Source: Polyangiaceae bacterium
GTDB lineage: Bacteria; Myxococcota_A; Polyangia; Polyangiales; Polyangiaceae
NCBI GenBank assembly: GCA_050287085.1
Contig: JBNKBE010000026.1
Coordinates: 18,394-82,393, forward strand
Direction: 5' to 3'
Length of the DNA: 64,000 nucleotides
In this document: positions 48,769-58,995 of the stretch, one piece after another
Position numbering within the stretch: the first letter of the stretch is position 1
How the letters are laid out: each line of letters starts with the position of its first letter
The notes under the pieces: generated by a model
The model's database searches: none
Told to the model about the DNA's origin: nothing
The model's input: only the letters and a program-made list of their open reading frames with translations
Position numbers and translations under genes: made by a program

Positions 48769-50979
48769 TCAGGGGGCAATCACCGGATCGTCGGAGAAGA
48801 TGTTGGGATCTCGGTAGCAGGTAACGCCGTGGTTGGCGAAGCCAGCGGGGCAGCTGCCGTAGCAGAACAGGCCCGCGGCCTGCATGCCACTTGGGCAAGG
48901 GCGATAGCAGAGTCCGGCGTCCATGACCAAGCCCCCGGTGCAACTGTTCGGAATGGTGCCGACGCCCCGATCACGCGACTCTTGGCCAAAGATGTGCGGG
49001 TCCCGCCGACAGGTACAGCCGTCGTTGTGGTAGTCGGCCGGGCACACGGAGCAGCCCTGGGCGAACGTCAACCCGCAGATGTCGTAGCCGGGGCAACCCG
49101 AGTTGTCCGAGGAGAAGATGTGCGCCACGCGATGGCAGGTGACGCCGTCGTCATTGTACCCAGCTGGGCAGCGCCGGTAGCAGGTGGGACCGTCCCCATC
49201 CAAGCCAGCATCGCAGCGGCGGTAGCACAGACCGTTCTGCAGCTCTCGCCCGGCGGGACACCCATTGGGGATGGTGCCCACACCTCGTCCAGTCTGCGGC
49301 CGCGAAAGGATGTTGTTCAAACGACACGTCAGACCGTCGTCGTTATAGCCCTGCGGACAAGATCTGAACGCTCGCGTCGGGCGGCCGCTGCGACAGTGGG
49401 GGTTCCCCGTGGTGCCTACTCGAGCGCAGTACCGCTGCTCGAATTGCTCTAGGGTATGGATGACGCCGGGGTTGGCCAACAGGACCCCCATCATGAACGT
49501 GGGCGACGTGGCGGAAGAAAGCGTCATCAGGCGCTCTGCGACCCGATCCTCGTTGAAGGCGACGAAAGACGCGTCGGTAGGGGCTCCGCCCGCAACCGAG
49601 ACGGGGCTGCGGAGCACCACGGCAGACCAATAGGTGGCCCAGCCCTCGTTGAACACGAAGCCCTTGTTCGTCACCTGTGTGCCGTTGTGGACGCGGGCGT
49701 AGAGGAAGCGGGTGTTGTCCCAGTCCCAGTGTGTTTGCGCCCCGTCTGCCACGTGCCGGAGGCTATGCCCGAACTCGTGAAAGAACGTCGCTCGGCGGTT
49801 CAAGCGTGCCGTGTCCGTAGGCAAGACGACGTAGTTGTAGAAGGTGTGAGCCCCGGCGCCCGATGAGTTGTAAACTTCGCTCCAGCGCTTGACGAACACA
49901 CCGCCTGCGGGGGGCGCTACCCTCAGTCGGGTGAAGTAGTCGCGCAGTGCTTCGATGCTGCGTTGCCATATCCAGCAGTCGTCCGACACGGTGACATCCG
50001 GGAAGACCGCGTCATCCCCAGTGATCGTTGGCGTGCGGTCGAAGCGTTCGTTGCGCGTGTGGTGCGCATCGTCGAAGATGCGAATGGGGGCGCTCGGCGA
50101 GCCCGCGGTGGTGGTCATGGGCACGTCGGCTTCGAACGAGACGAACACCGTGCCCGGCGTGCCGCCGAAGGGACCATCGATGCTGTAGCGACCATCTGGG
50201 CCCGTTTGCGCTCTGCGCCCCGCCGCGGTGACAGCAACGTGGGGAAGCGGGACTGAGCCGCACATGACGCGCCCCGTCGCGCGGTGGGGCTCACCGCCGT
50301 GGAGTGCCTGGCGCACGAACCCGATGTCGTCCTTGGGCCCGCTCTTCTTGACGACCAGGCTCGTGTAGCTTTCAACGACCTCCAGCACCCCGGGCCGCGC
50401 GATCTGAAAGACCTCCGGCCAGGAAAAGGAGTAGTCCCGCGCTTTGACACTGCCGTTTGGAAAGAGCTTAACCTGTACCTCGGAGCGCGTGCCGTCCAGC
50501 TCCTCGGCGGGGCTACGCCAAAACGCCTCCGCGGCGACCTTGCTCGCCGGACCACCCGCGGGTGGTAGCGCTGAGATGGTCAGCGTGTCCACCAGCAGAT
50601 CCAGCAGCGCCGGCTTGACTCGCTTGGTGGCCCGCAGTTTGACGGTGAAGGTCTGCGCACCGCTGAGGTCCTTGCGTGTGAAGCTGCGACTGGTCACGGA
50701 CGTCGCAACGGGCCGTGCTACGCGCGGCAGAAACTTCGTTCCGGGCGGCGCCTTGCCGACGACGGTCATGTCGTCGAGCGGCACTCTTGCAGCGGCAGGG
50801 AGCTTGGCTGCGGGCCTGGGAGCGGTAGCCTTGGGAGTGGGAGCTGCAGCCTTGGGCCGCGCGGCGCGCGCTTTCGCCGTCGACTTGGTGGCGGGGCGCG
50901 CTTGCTCCGCCCCAGCTGCGGAAGCGAGCCCGAAGCCACCTAACAATAGGACGCACAGCATCGTGGACAGCCACCTCAT
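48769..50979 (-). CDS. Secreted zincin-like metalloprotease with C-terminal Cys-rich repeats
   Basis: Signal peptide; HEFGH plus FNEGWA; two GRGVGTIP..C..GLCYR.C..G..C..CP.G...GVTC repeats. Confidence 0.75.
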   Translation of the reverse strand: MRWLSTMLCVLLLGGFGLASAAGAEQARPATKSTAKARAARPKAAAPTPKATAPRPAAKLPAAARVPLDDMTVVGKAPPGTKFLPRVARPVATSVTSRSFTRKDLSGAQTFTVKLRATKRVKPALLDLLVDTLTISALPPAGGPASKVAAEAFWRSPAEELDGTRSEVQVKLFPNGSVKARDYSFSWPEVFQIARPGVLEVVESYTSLVVKKSGPKDDIGFVRQALHGGEPHRATGRVMCGSVPLPHVAVTAAGRRAQTGPDGRYSIDGPFGGTPGTVFVSFEADVPMTTTAGSPSAPIRIFDDAHHTRNERFDRTPTITGDDAVFPDVTVSDDCWIWQRSIEALRDYFTRLRVAPPAGGVFVKRWSEVYNSSGAGAHTFYNYVVLPTDTARLNRRATFFHEFGHSLRHVADGAQTHWDWDNTRFLYARVHNGTQVTNKGFVFNEGWATYWSAVVLRSPVSVAGGAPTDASFVAFNEDRVAERLMTLSSATSPTFMMGVLLANPGVIHTLEQFEQRYCARVGTTGNPHCRSGRPTRAFRSCPQGYNDDGLTCRLNNILSRPQTGRGVGTIPNGCPAGRELQNGLCYRRCDAGLDGDGPTCYRRCPAGYNDDGVTCHRVAHIFSSDNSGCPGYDICGLTFAQGCSVCPADYHNDGCTCRRDPHIFGQESRDRGVGTIPNSCTGGLVMDAGLCYRPCPSGMQAAGLFCYGSCPAGFANHGVTCYRDPNIFSDDPVIAP

Positions 50980-51354
50980 GCGGCTGGACTATCACGTCCC
51001 GAGAGCGCCGTCCGGTGCCCGCGGTCAGTGGAGAACACTCCCGGAGCAAAATGTTCAAGAGCTGGACCTGTACTGTACGTCGTAGGAGTTTGGGATGCCT
51101 TTCGTGGGCTATCACGGGGGCTCACTCCCATGTCTAGCCTTCTCGCGCCGCTCGACTTCGAGTTCGCCTTGGTGTTGGCGCACGGTACTCGAGACAAGCC
51201 GAGGCACCTACTACTGAGCCGTGGCGCGCTCATTTCGATGCCCGCGCTTCGTTACCCCGTCCAAGGCGGGCATGCTTTCTCTCGGTGTTGGCTTGGCTGC
51301 CCCAGTACGATTCTACGCCCGCGCTTTCGGGTGCAGGTGCACTGATGGTGAAGC

Positions 51355-52455
51355 TCAGAGCAGCCGGAGCTCGGATAACCAGCCGCCCACGCGTTGCAGA
51401 AGCCAGAATACCGAACTGATGCCCAGGGCCCATATGGCGCCCACCTCGAAACGGCGACGCCAGTGCGGCCACGGGGTAAGCGCGCGAAGGAGCGCGGCGA
51501 TTGTCGCCACGAACGCAAGCTGGCCAGCCTCGACGCCCAGGTTGAAAGCAAGCAGGGCCGTGGCGACCGCGTTCTCGGGTAGACCCATCTCGCTGAGCGC
51601 GGATGCGAAGCCGAAACCGTGTAGCAGCCCAAAGGCGAACGCCACGAGCCAAGGGTACGAGCGAGTCATCGAGCGTTCAGCAGCCGTTGCCTCGACCGCC
51701 AGCAAGAGCACGCTCAGCGCGATACAAATCTCGACGGGGGCCGCAGCTATGGTGAGCAGGTCCAGACTGGATGCCGCGAGCGTGATGCTGTGTGCGAGCG
51801 TAAAAGCGGAGATGGTCCAGAGCAGAGCGCGCCGGCTCCTGACGAGGAGTATGAGCCCGACTAGAAAGAGCAGGTGGTCAACCCCAACCCAGATGTGCTC
51901 GACGCCAAGCGCCACGTAGTCCACGAACACCCGGGCAGCGCCCGCTTGCGGCGCCGCCTCGAAAGTCACCGCAGGCGGCGCCCCGTCCGTGAGGCGAAAA
52001 GCAGCCCGCTCATCGAGCCAAACGACGTTGACGCCCACCCGTCCGATTGGCAGCGCCGAGAGAAAACGCACCCTGCCGACGAGTCCCCCCGGGCAGTCGA
52101 CGCGGGTCGGCACCTGTACCTTCACGGCTTGCACCGCGTTGTCGCCCCACGGCAGCGTGCAGCGGGCGGGAAACTCGATACGGAGGTCTGGCGCGTCCGG
52201 TGAGGGAGGTGACCAGCGCACCGCGAAACGCTGAGGGGCCACCTCTTGCATTGCGAGCACCCCGGGCGCACTCTCATGGGCAGACGCGGTCGGCGGCGCG
52301 AGCCACACCACGAGCGCCCCAAGGAGGAGACCCGCGGCCCAGCAAGCCCGCGAACGCCCCGCGCTCCCGCCACCCTCAGGGTCGGTGGGGGGCGTGATAC
52401 TTCTCCCGCAGCTCATCGCTATACTCGCGCACGGCACGCTCTTTCTTCGTCTCAT
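51355..52455 (-). CDS. HupE/UreJ family membrane protein (start uncertain)
   Basis: AHE N-terminus; LGVEHIWVGVDHLLF, FTLAHSITL, FGLLHGFGFA, FNLGVEAGQ. Confidence 0.9.
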   Translation of the reverse strand: MRRRKSVPCASIAMSCGRSITPPTDPEGGGSAGRSRACWAAGLLLGALVVWLAPPTASAHESAPGVLAMQEVAPQRFAVRWSPPSPDAPDLRIEFPARCTLPWGDNAVQAVKVQVPTRVDCPGGLVGRVRFLSALPIGRVGVNVVWLDERAAFRLTDGAPPAVTFEAAPQAGAARVFVDYVALGVEHIWVGVDHLLFLVGLILLVRSRRALLWTISAFTLAHSITLAASSLDLLTIAAAPVEICIALSVLLLAVEATAAERSMTRSYPWLVAFAFGLLHGFGFASALSEMGLPENAVATALLAFNLGVEAGQLAFVATIAALLRALTPWPHWRRRFEVGAIWALGISSVFWLLQRVGGWLSELRLL

Positions 52456-53284
52456 CGAGGTCGGCCGTGAGGGCCTTGCGCAGCGCCTCAGGTGAAGGCT
52501 TCCCGCTGGCGATAGCGTCGAGCCTTACTAGATGGTAGCCGCGTTTGCTGGTCAAGACCTGCCACGCGCCGACGCGCGCCGCGTCGAGTTGCCCCACGAG
52601 ACGGACGCCCAGGGCCTGCTCGAGTTGGGGCTCCGTCATACCTTCGAAGCGCGGGCCGCGCGGAAAGTGGTCGCCCGCCGAAGCGGGCTCTGCCCCAGCG
52701 CCGAGTTGCTCCAGCACCCGCTTCACGCGCTCCGGCGGCACGCTGCTCGCTCCCGGGTCACGCAGAAAGACGTGCGTCAGCGCAAACGTCTGAGGGCCGA
52801 GGTACCGCGCGGGCGCAGCCCGCTCTTGTGCTTCCAGCTCCGCCTCCGTGGGCGCCGCCAGCACCGTGCGCTCACGCACCATGTGGCGCAGCTTGCGTGC
52901 CAAGTGAGCGCGCACTACGGCGTCGTGTTGGTCGAGGCCGAGGCGTCGCGCTTCGCGGTAGAGCACCTCCTCGTCTACCCACTGCGTCAGGGCCTCGGCC
53001 ACCTCCGCGTCGCTGGGAGGCCTCCCCAGCGCGCCCGTCAGCTCCGCTGTGACTTCTTTGGTGACGGCACTGGTCACGGTCACGCTTTCGCGACTGCGTC
53101 GCAGCGCACCGTCGATCAAGAACAGGGCGGCGCCGAGCAGCGCAAAATAGAGCGGCGGACTGCGGAGCAAGCGGCGGACCAAGCGGACACCGGGCGGCGC
53201 CGCGTGGGTTGTGGTTTCGGCGCTTCGAGGATCGGGCGGCATGGGCATAGAACGCGCTGGCGGCACGCAGCGAGCACCATACAC
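52376..53284 (-). CDS. PpiC-type peptidyl-prolyl isomerase (rotamase_2-like); start probably ~53248
   Basis: PPLYFALLGAALF anchor; EEVLYREARRLGLDQHDAVVR; HVF; SKRGYHLVRL. Confidence 0.85.
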   Translation of the reverse strand: MYGARCVPPARSMPMPPDPRSAETTTHAAPPGVRLVRRLLRSPPLYFALLGAALFLIDGALRRSRESVTVTSAVTKEVTAELTGALGRPPSDAEVAEALTQWVDEEVLYREARRLGLDQHDAVVRAHLARKLRHMVRERTVLAAPTEAELEAQERAAPARYLGPQTFALTHVFLRDPGASSVPPERVKRVLEQLGAGAEPASAGDHFPRGPRFEGMTEPQLEQALGVRLVGQLDAARVGAWQVLTSKRGYHLVRLDAIASGKPSPEALRKALTADLDETKKERAVREYSDELREKYHAPHRP

Positions 53285-53372
53285 CCCGTGGCGAGGTGCT
53301 AGCGCGCGCGGAGATCAGCGGGCAGGCGCCGGGGCGGGCGGCCGAGTTGGCACGCGCCCCCGAATACACCCG

Positions 53373-54752
53373 TCACGGCGTGAGCGTTACTTCGCCGGGA
53401 TCGAGCGCTACCTCGTAGAAGCCGTGATCGTTCCACGGCAGCGCCGCGCCGTCCTGCGACAGGGTGCCGCCATCTACGGTGACGCGGACGTACTGGCCGG
53501 GCGGGAAGTTGTTGGGCAGGGTCCACTTGTAGACGCCGTCGCCCATCGCCGTTGCGGCCGCGACCGCCTTGCGGCCCAGCCAATAGCCCCCGACGTCCTT
53601 CATACTACCGATCCACACGTCGCCCTTGTCCTTCACATACTGGACGTGCTGGACGAAACCATTGAGATCGATGGGCTGATATGCGCCGTCATTTCCGCCG
53701 CTGAAGCCGTGAATGCAGACCGTTTGCCACTTGCCTTGGCTTTGTGCCGCATCGGCCTTTGGGTTGAGCTGAGCGGTTCCCGCGCCAGTCGGCGGGATGT
53801 ACGTCGGGAGGTTGAGCACCGCCGCGTTGTCATCGGGTCCGATGAGCGAATCGGCCACGCCGCGATCGATGATGAACAGCTGCGTCGCGATGCTGTTGTA
53901 GTTGCCGTTGTTACCGTTCGGTGCGGCCATCGTGTAGGCGGTGATGCCATAGTTGGACTCGATGAAGGATTGTGCCTGGTTGACGTCCTGGTCCGCTGCG
54001 CCGCTCCCGTGGTTCTGCGTATGGTTGCCAAGCTCGTGCCCTTGGTCCAGGGCGCGCTGGAAGAACGCGTTACCGGCTTCCTGTTTGCCCGTCTGCAGGT
54101 AGAAGGTGAACGGCACCTCGAGCCCAAGCAGTTGCTGCTCGTTGTTGATCTGCGTCGAGTTGGCGTCGTCGAAGGTGTAGGTCATCGCGCCCTTGTAGCC
54201 GGCCCAGGGCAACACCTTCAGATTCCCGGCCGCGCCCGCTGGCCGCGCCACCCCGCCGGCGCCAGGTTCCGGCATCCCCGATGGATTGGGATCACCGGTG
54301 GAGGCACTATCGTCGTCACCGAGGGTGTCGTCAGCGCCAGCGCCAGCACCGCCCGCGGTCTGGTCCTGCCCCGCGCCGCCGGCGTCGCCCGTGTCGCCAG
54401 CGGTGCCGGTCTCACCCGCCTGACCCGTTGGGCTCGTTGCGCCAGCACTGCCGCCCGCAGCCGGAGCACCTGCGCCGCCTTGGGCAGGCGCGCCAGCGAT
54501 ACCGCCCGAGCCCGCCGTCGACGGCAATCCGGCCACGCCTGCGACGCCTCCCGCGGTCGCGGCGCCCGACGCACCAACGGCGCCGCCGGCGCCCGCCATC
54601 GCATCATCGTCCGTGGGCACGTCGACAGCGCAGGCCATCATGGGCAGGACAGCCAAGACGCTAGCGACCGCAAGGCGCCCTCCGGACCGGGGAAAGCGCC
54701 GCCGTGAAGCGGCGATGCGGACAGTGGACGAGGCGGGGCGAAGGTTGGACAT
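53373..54752 (-). CDS. Polysaccharide deacetylase (NodB homology) lipoprotein
   Basis: MMAC lipobox; Gly/Ala linker; YTFDD, TFYL, GHELGNHTQNH, AAPNG. Confidence 0.85.
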   Translation of the reverse strand: MSNLRPASSTVRIAASRRRFPRSGGRLAVASVLAVLPMMACAVDVPTDDDAMAGAGGAVGASGAATAGGVAGVAGLPSTAGSGGIAGAPAQGGAGAPAAGGSAGATSPTGQAGETGTAGDTGDAGGAGQDQTAGGAGAGADDTLGDDDSASTGDPNPSGMPEPGAGGVARPAGAAGNLKVLPWAGYKGAMTYTFDDANSTQINNEQQLLGLEVPFTFYLQTGKQEAGNAFFQRALDQGHELGNHTQNHGSGAADQDVNQAQSFIESNYGITAYTMAAPNGNNGNYNSIATQLFIIDRGVADSLIGPDDNAAVLNLPTYIPPTGAGTAQLNPKADAAQSQGKWQTVCIHGFSGGNDGAYQPIDLNGFVQHVQYVKDKGDVWIGSMKDVGGYWLGRKAVAAATAMGDGVYKWTLPNNFPPGQYVRVTVDGGTLSQDGAALPWNDHGFYEVALDPGEVTLTP

Positions 54753-55233
54753 GGTGGTGATCCTGGAAGGTGGTCAAACCGGTTAGCAGACGCAATCGAC
54801 AATCGGCCGGCGCCGCTCGGCGCTTTTGTATCGAGCGGTTTGGACTCCGCCGAGCCGCAAAGATTGTACTGTCATCAGCCCCTAGGGTTTGCGTGCTGAA
54901 CAACTGCGTACTCGAGGACAAGGTCTTCTGCCGCAGCCAAACCCAGCGTACCGCCCGAACCCATATCGCTCGAGCGTCTCGCGGAGGCCTGGTTATTGGC
55001 ATAAAGTTCGCGTCGAGGGGGTTCGACCTCCGGGGCCGGGCCCGTGTCGGCCAGCGCTGAGCTGGCCACCGGGCGCGCACGACGGCTCTCGAAAGTCCGG
55101 GGCTGCGAGTCATCGTCGCGGACGGCGAAAGTGACTCTGTTCTCGCACCGCTCGATCTCGAGAGCTGTCCTCGCAGCGGTGGTGCCAGGTGCTGGGCCGA
55201 GGTAGTGAAGACGACGAGGGCGGCGCTGCGCTA

Positions 55234-55291
55234 GGTGGCTAAACAGGGTGGCTAACTGGGTGGCTAACTGGGTGGCTAACTGGGTGGCTAA
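55234..55291. repeat. Intergenic 12-bp tandem repeat (5 x GGTGGCTAA core)
   Basis: Cores at 55234, 55247, 55259, 55271 and 55283. Confidence 0.9.
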
Positions 55292-55389
55292 GCTAGGTTT
55301 GGCGGCGAACCCATCCCCCGCCAGGGGTGCTCTCACTGAGGTGGACAACCCTCGACACCCGGGATAGCGTCGGCCGGCGGCGGTGCACG

Positions 55390-56043
55390 ATGGCCAAGAA
55401 GACCAAACCACAAGAGCGTGTAGTTGGCGCGTCCGGAGCGTTGACCCACAACCCTTTTGCTGCGCTCGCCGGGCGCATCGACGTCGCGAATACGGTAGCC
55501 ACCCCGGCGCCGGCTCCCCCGCGTCCGCCGCCGGCGGCAGACCCCACCGCTGACCTTCACTTCCCAGCCAAGGTGCTCATGCGCCGCGAAACCCACGGGC
55601 GAAGTGGCAAGACCGTGACGCGCCTCAGCGGGATCCCGGTGTCCCAGTTGCCCGAAGTCGCGGCGCGCCTACGTCGAGCGCTCGGCTGCGGTGCGACGGT
55701 GGAAGGTGAGGACGTGATTCTGCAGGGGGATCTGGAACAGCGCGCCCGAGCGTGGCTGCTAGCGCAGGGGGCCAAGCGACTGGCTCAGGGCAACACCGCG
55801 GCTCCGTCGACGCCAGAACCTGCGCTCCCACGGGCGGCGGGTCCGGAGTCGCGGGCGACGGTGCGCTCGAACATTCGGCGTGGCAGCCAAGTAGCCGTCG
55901 TGCTGAAGCGAGATCAAGAGACGGGTGAGCTGACGGCTGGGGTCGTGAGCGACCTGTTGACGAGCTCCCCACGGCACCCCCGCGGTATCAAGGTCCGCCT
56001 GGATTCGGGAGCGGTAGGGCGGGTGCAACGAATTCTGGAATAG
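55390..56043 (+). CDS. SUI1/YciH translation factor fused to a YwbE (DUF2196) domain
   Basis: LTHNPFAAL, GRSGKTVT, LRRALGCGATVEG..VILQGD (SUI1); then VVLKRDQETGELTAGVVSDLLTSSPRHPRGIKVRLDSGAVGRVQ (YwbE). Confidence 0.85.
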   Translation: MAKKTKPQERVVGASGALTHNPFAALAGRIDVANTVATPAPAPPRPPPAADPTADLHFPAKVLMRRETHGRSGKTVTRLSGIPVSQLPEVAARLRRALGCGATVEGEDVILQGDLEQRARAWLLAQGAKRLAQGNTAAPSTPEPALPRAAGPESRATVRSNIRRGSQVAVVLKRDQETGELTAGVVSDLLTSSPRHPRGIKVRLDSGAVGRVQRILE

Positions 56044-56212
56044 GGCTCCTTCGCGTCAGCCCCCGGTCGCCACGAAGCGATAGAGCCCGATAGAGCCCAC
56101 TGTAGAGCGCCGGGCGCAGGGGCAACCGTGGAGCGCCAGGCGCAGGGCCAATTGGGGACTAGTGGCGCGTGCTGCGTCGCGGACCTGTCCTCACCCCGCT
56201 CCACAGTTCGCT

Positions 56213-56277
56213 GCCACGCGGAGGCGTCCAGCAACGTCGCGCCACGCGGAGGCGTCCAGCAACGTCGCGCCACGCGG
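56213..56277. repeat. 28-bp direct repeat x2.3
   Basis: GCCACGCGGAGGCGTCCAGCAACGTCGC at 56213 and 56241, partial at 56269. Confidence 0.9.
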
Positions 56278-56359
56278 TCGCGTCGCGAACGCGGAGGTTC
56301 AGGAACAGGTCACGCTCCGGCGAGGGCGGCCCCGACGACCTGGTCCGGCACGGTCTGCA

Positions 56360-57960
56360 CGGCGCGCTCGGTTCGAGTCGCGCTTACCGAGCCAAGAGTC
56401 AACGGAACCAAGAACTGGATTGGTTGACTCCGGACCTGCCACCCAAGGGTCCACAGAACAAACCCCGCGGCCACCCCCGTGGGGTTTTTCATGTCTGGAG
56501 CTGGCCATCAGCTGAATGGCGGCGCCCGCCTTGCCGACGATGTTGAGCTCGATGCTGCGACCCGACAGGGGCGCGACATCGATGCGGTCGACCAGGAAGC
56601 GGAGGTAGCTCTTGGTCATGCTGGTCCGCTCGTTCAGGAACACGTCCCGGAGCATTTCCCGGAAGCGTTCGAGCGTGGCTTCATACGGTGCAAGGCGCGT
56701 CGGGTCCCTCATCGCCAACTGGTCCAGCGCCTCACCGCGAAGCTGCAGTTCCACGCGAGTCACTGAGTCACCCGGGGCAACAGCATCACCCCAGAGCTCG
56801 TGTTCAAGCTTCAGCTTCTCCTCCCGCCCCGGAAGCCGCAGCTCGACTGTCTTGTCGTACAGTCGACACATGATCGGGTTGCCGGGCGCAATGGTGATGC
56901 CGTTCACTTCGCCAGCGCAGCTCAGGTGCTCGCGCACTACCGACCCGCGCTCGCGTTCGACCTCATCGACGTCTTTCGCGTCAGCACGAAACCTGCTGAG
57001 TTTGGCGCGCGTCACGAAGCATTCAGCATCCCGCGCGCGAAGAGGGAATCCAATGAAGTCAGCGCAGAGGTCAAAGCGCCGGAGGCGCGCTCCAAGCGTT
57101 TCACCCAACCCAGCTGCAATCCTGTCAGCAAGGCGAGCGACACGTCGAGACTGTGCGCGGCCAAGAAGACAGCTCGGACAACCACCTCCAGCATCCAGCC
57201 ACCGCTTGCGCGTCGATCGACGAAGCAACGCGCGTCAGCGTTCTCGAAGCAGAAGCGATCGGAGCTGCGGTTGCGACGTATGCAAAACGCCAGGCCTGCC
57301 AGAGTCAGCTCACTTCGGCCTGCCAGATCGGCGAACGCCTGGCGCTCTTCGAGCTCGTCGTCCGCGCCCTCGTCCAGCGCCACCTGGAAGGCAACGACGA
57401 GCGCGTCGACGCGGTTGCCCGCCAGGACGGGCCGCAGAGCCCGGCGGGTGCTCCTGGTTTTTGGCGGGGGGGTCCGTTTTCCTGGTCCCGCCCCTTTCTT
57501 CCGCTTGTGAGTTCGGCGGGTTAGGTCGCTCACGGGCGGTGCAACAGGGCTTTTTGCGGGGGGTGATACTCTCCCCCCCCGCGGCCACTTGTTCGCGCCC
57601 GTGGGGCTCTGCCCCAAACCCCGGACGGAGCGCTGCGCGCTCCCGACCACCCCCGACGCGAACATCGCCTCCCTCGAGCCGAGCAACGGGTGCGCCTTGC
57701 GAGGATGCGGGGCACAGGCCCTCGGTCAGCAGATGCCGGCCGGGGGTGGTCCCCTCGGGTGTCAAACCGAGGGCCTCTGCCTCGTATCCAAGGTCCCGAC
57801 TCACGCGCGCACCGCCTCGCCGGGTTGAGGTGGCGTTGGCAGCCCCAACTACCGTCGACCGCGTCATTGCGAACTGGCGAGAGATTGGACTCAGCTCTAA
57901 GCGCATCAAGAACCTGCTCACGGTGCTGCGGAGTGCGTGCGCGTCGTGCGAGGAGCTGTT
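56360..57960. mobile_element. Decayed integrative element (Rep_trans-like initiator, serine-recombinase tail, integrase fragment, att-like remnant)
   Basis: Minus strand: frameshifted Rep (VDALVV...; RRFDLCADF; CRLYDKTVE; VTRVELQLR) fused to KSYLRFLVDRIDV...WLGKRDSN. Plus strand ~57850-57935: VDRVIANWREIGLSSKRIKNLLTVLRS. Confidence 0.65.
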
Positions 57961-58216
57961 GAATCGCCACGGTCTCCTCGGGACAAGTAGGGCCGACGGT
58001 CCCGACGTGAGTACTCGCGCTCTCTTCTATGCCAACGGGCCCCGCCGACCCTAGTGCGCTTGTTGAACAAGCCCGGCCACGCAATGAGCGGCTGCGAGCC
58101 ATCGTTGCCGACTCGCCCCAGTCGACGCGAGTGGTGCTAGTTACCCTGGGGCTCTTTCCGCTCGACCAAGCCGCGGAGGGGGCTGAGCCAAAGCCGCTCG
58201 CCGCTTCAGGCGTGAG

Positions 58217-58567
58217 TTAAGAGCCGCCGCACAAGCCCTCAGTGCAGCGGGCGATCAAGAGGGCATCGCAAACAGCGCAGCTGTTGTCGCAATTGGTTAG
58301 GTCGTCGCTGATATTCTTCCAGGTCTGCGATGCGGCGACTTGACGATTGAGTTCGGCTTGGGCGCAGAAGCCAATGCCGGAGCATCCCGTGCCCACGACG
58401 CTGCAGTCCGCATCAACCTTGCACGTTCGGTTAGCGGGATCGTCTAAGAACTTCTGGGCGGTCTTGGTTTCTTCCGAGCAATCCCCACAGCCGGTCAGGG
58501 CTCCGGCTATGACTGCCACACTGCCGACCAAAACAAACCGCACCGCGACGCCCATAAGCTTTGCCAT
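58217..58567 (-). CDS. Small Cys-rich lipoprotein
   Basis: Lipobox LTGC; CKVDADC module; multiple paired Cys. Confidence 0.75.
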   Translation of the reverse strand: MAKLMGVAVRFVLVGSVAVIAGALTGCGDCSEETKTAQKFLDDPANRTCKVDADCSVVGTGCSGIGFCAQAELNRQVAASQTWKNISDDLTNCDNSCAVCDALLIARCTEGLCGGS

Positions 58568-58612
58568 GGGGTTGCTCTAGCAGAAGACTCAGCCGAAGCA
58601 ATCCGGCTCGGC

Positions 58613-58995
58613 TTAGGCGGCCAAATCAAACAAGAGAAAGTGCGCATCGGCCCCGGCGAGTAGCGATAGCTCAGACTCGTTCACGAGCTCGAGACCGGCC
58701 CCCTCGGTGAGAGTTTCACCAGCGACTTCCAAGATCCCGCTGATGACTTGAACGTACACTTTGCGCGCGGGTGCAATCGTATGGCGCACGGGCGTTCCGG
58801 CAGAGAGCATCGAGGCGTACAGACGCACATCTTGATTCACCGTGAGCGAAGCGTCCGCTCCGTCCGGGGAAACCACGAGTCGCAACACATCGGCACGCTC
58901 TTGACCAAAGAACTTCTGCTGGTAGCTCGGCTTGAGTGCTCGTTGGTTCGGCAGTACCCAGATTTGCAAAAAGTGAACACCGGCATCGGCGGAGC
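58613..58995 (-). pseudogene. Pirin (YhhW-like), C-terminal half only
   Basis: VHFLQIWVLP...PSYQQK...LRLVVSPDG...VYVQV...LLFDL. The N-terminal cupin is replaced by the duplicated sequence starting at 58992. Confidence 0.85.

Noticed and set aside
53211..54707. Long plus-strand ORF (498 aa) and similar shadow ORFs (e.g. 56612-58054, 48619-49452, 29956-30909)
   Set aside because: They are antisense to well-supported genes and are expected in high-GC DNA. The exception is a short integrase-like stretch at the end of 56612-58054.
56213..56277. 28-bp repeat as a CRISPR array
   Set aside because: The copies are directly adjacent with no spacers.
56360..56395. tRNA gene
   Set aside because: Only a T-loop/CCA-like fragment; no cloverleaf can be folded upstream.
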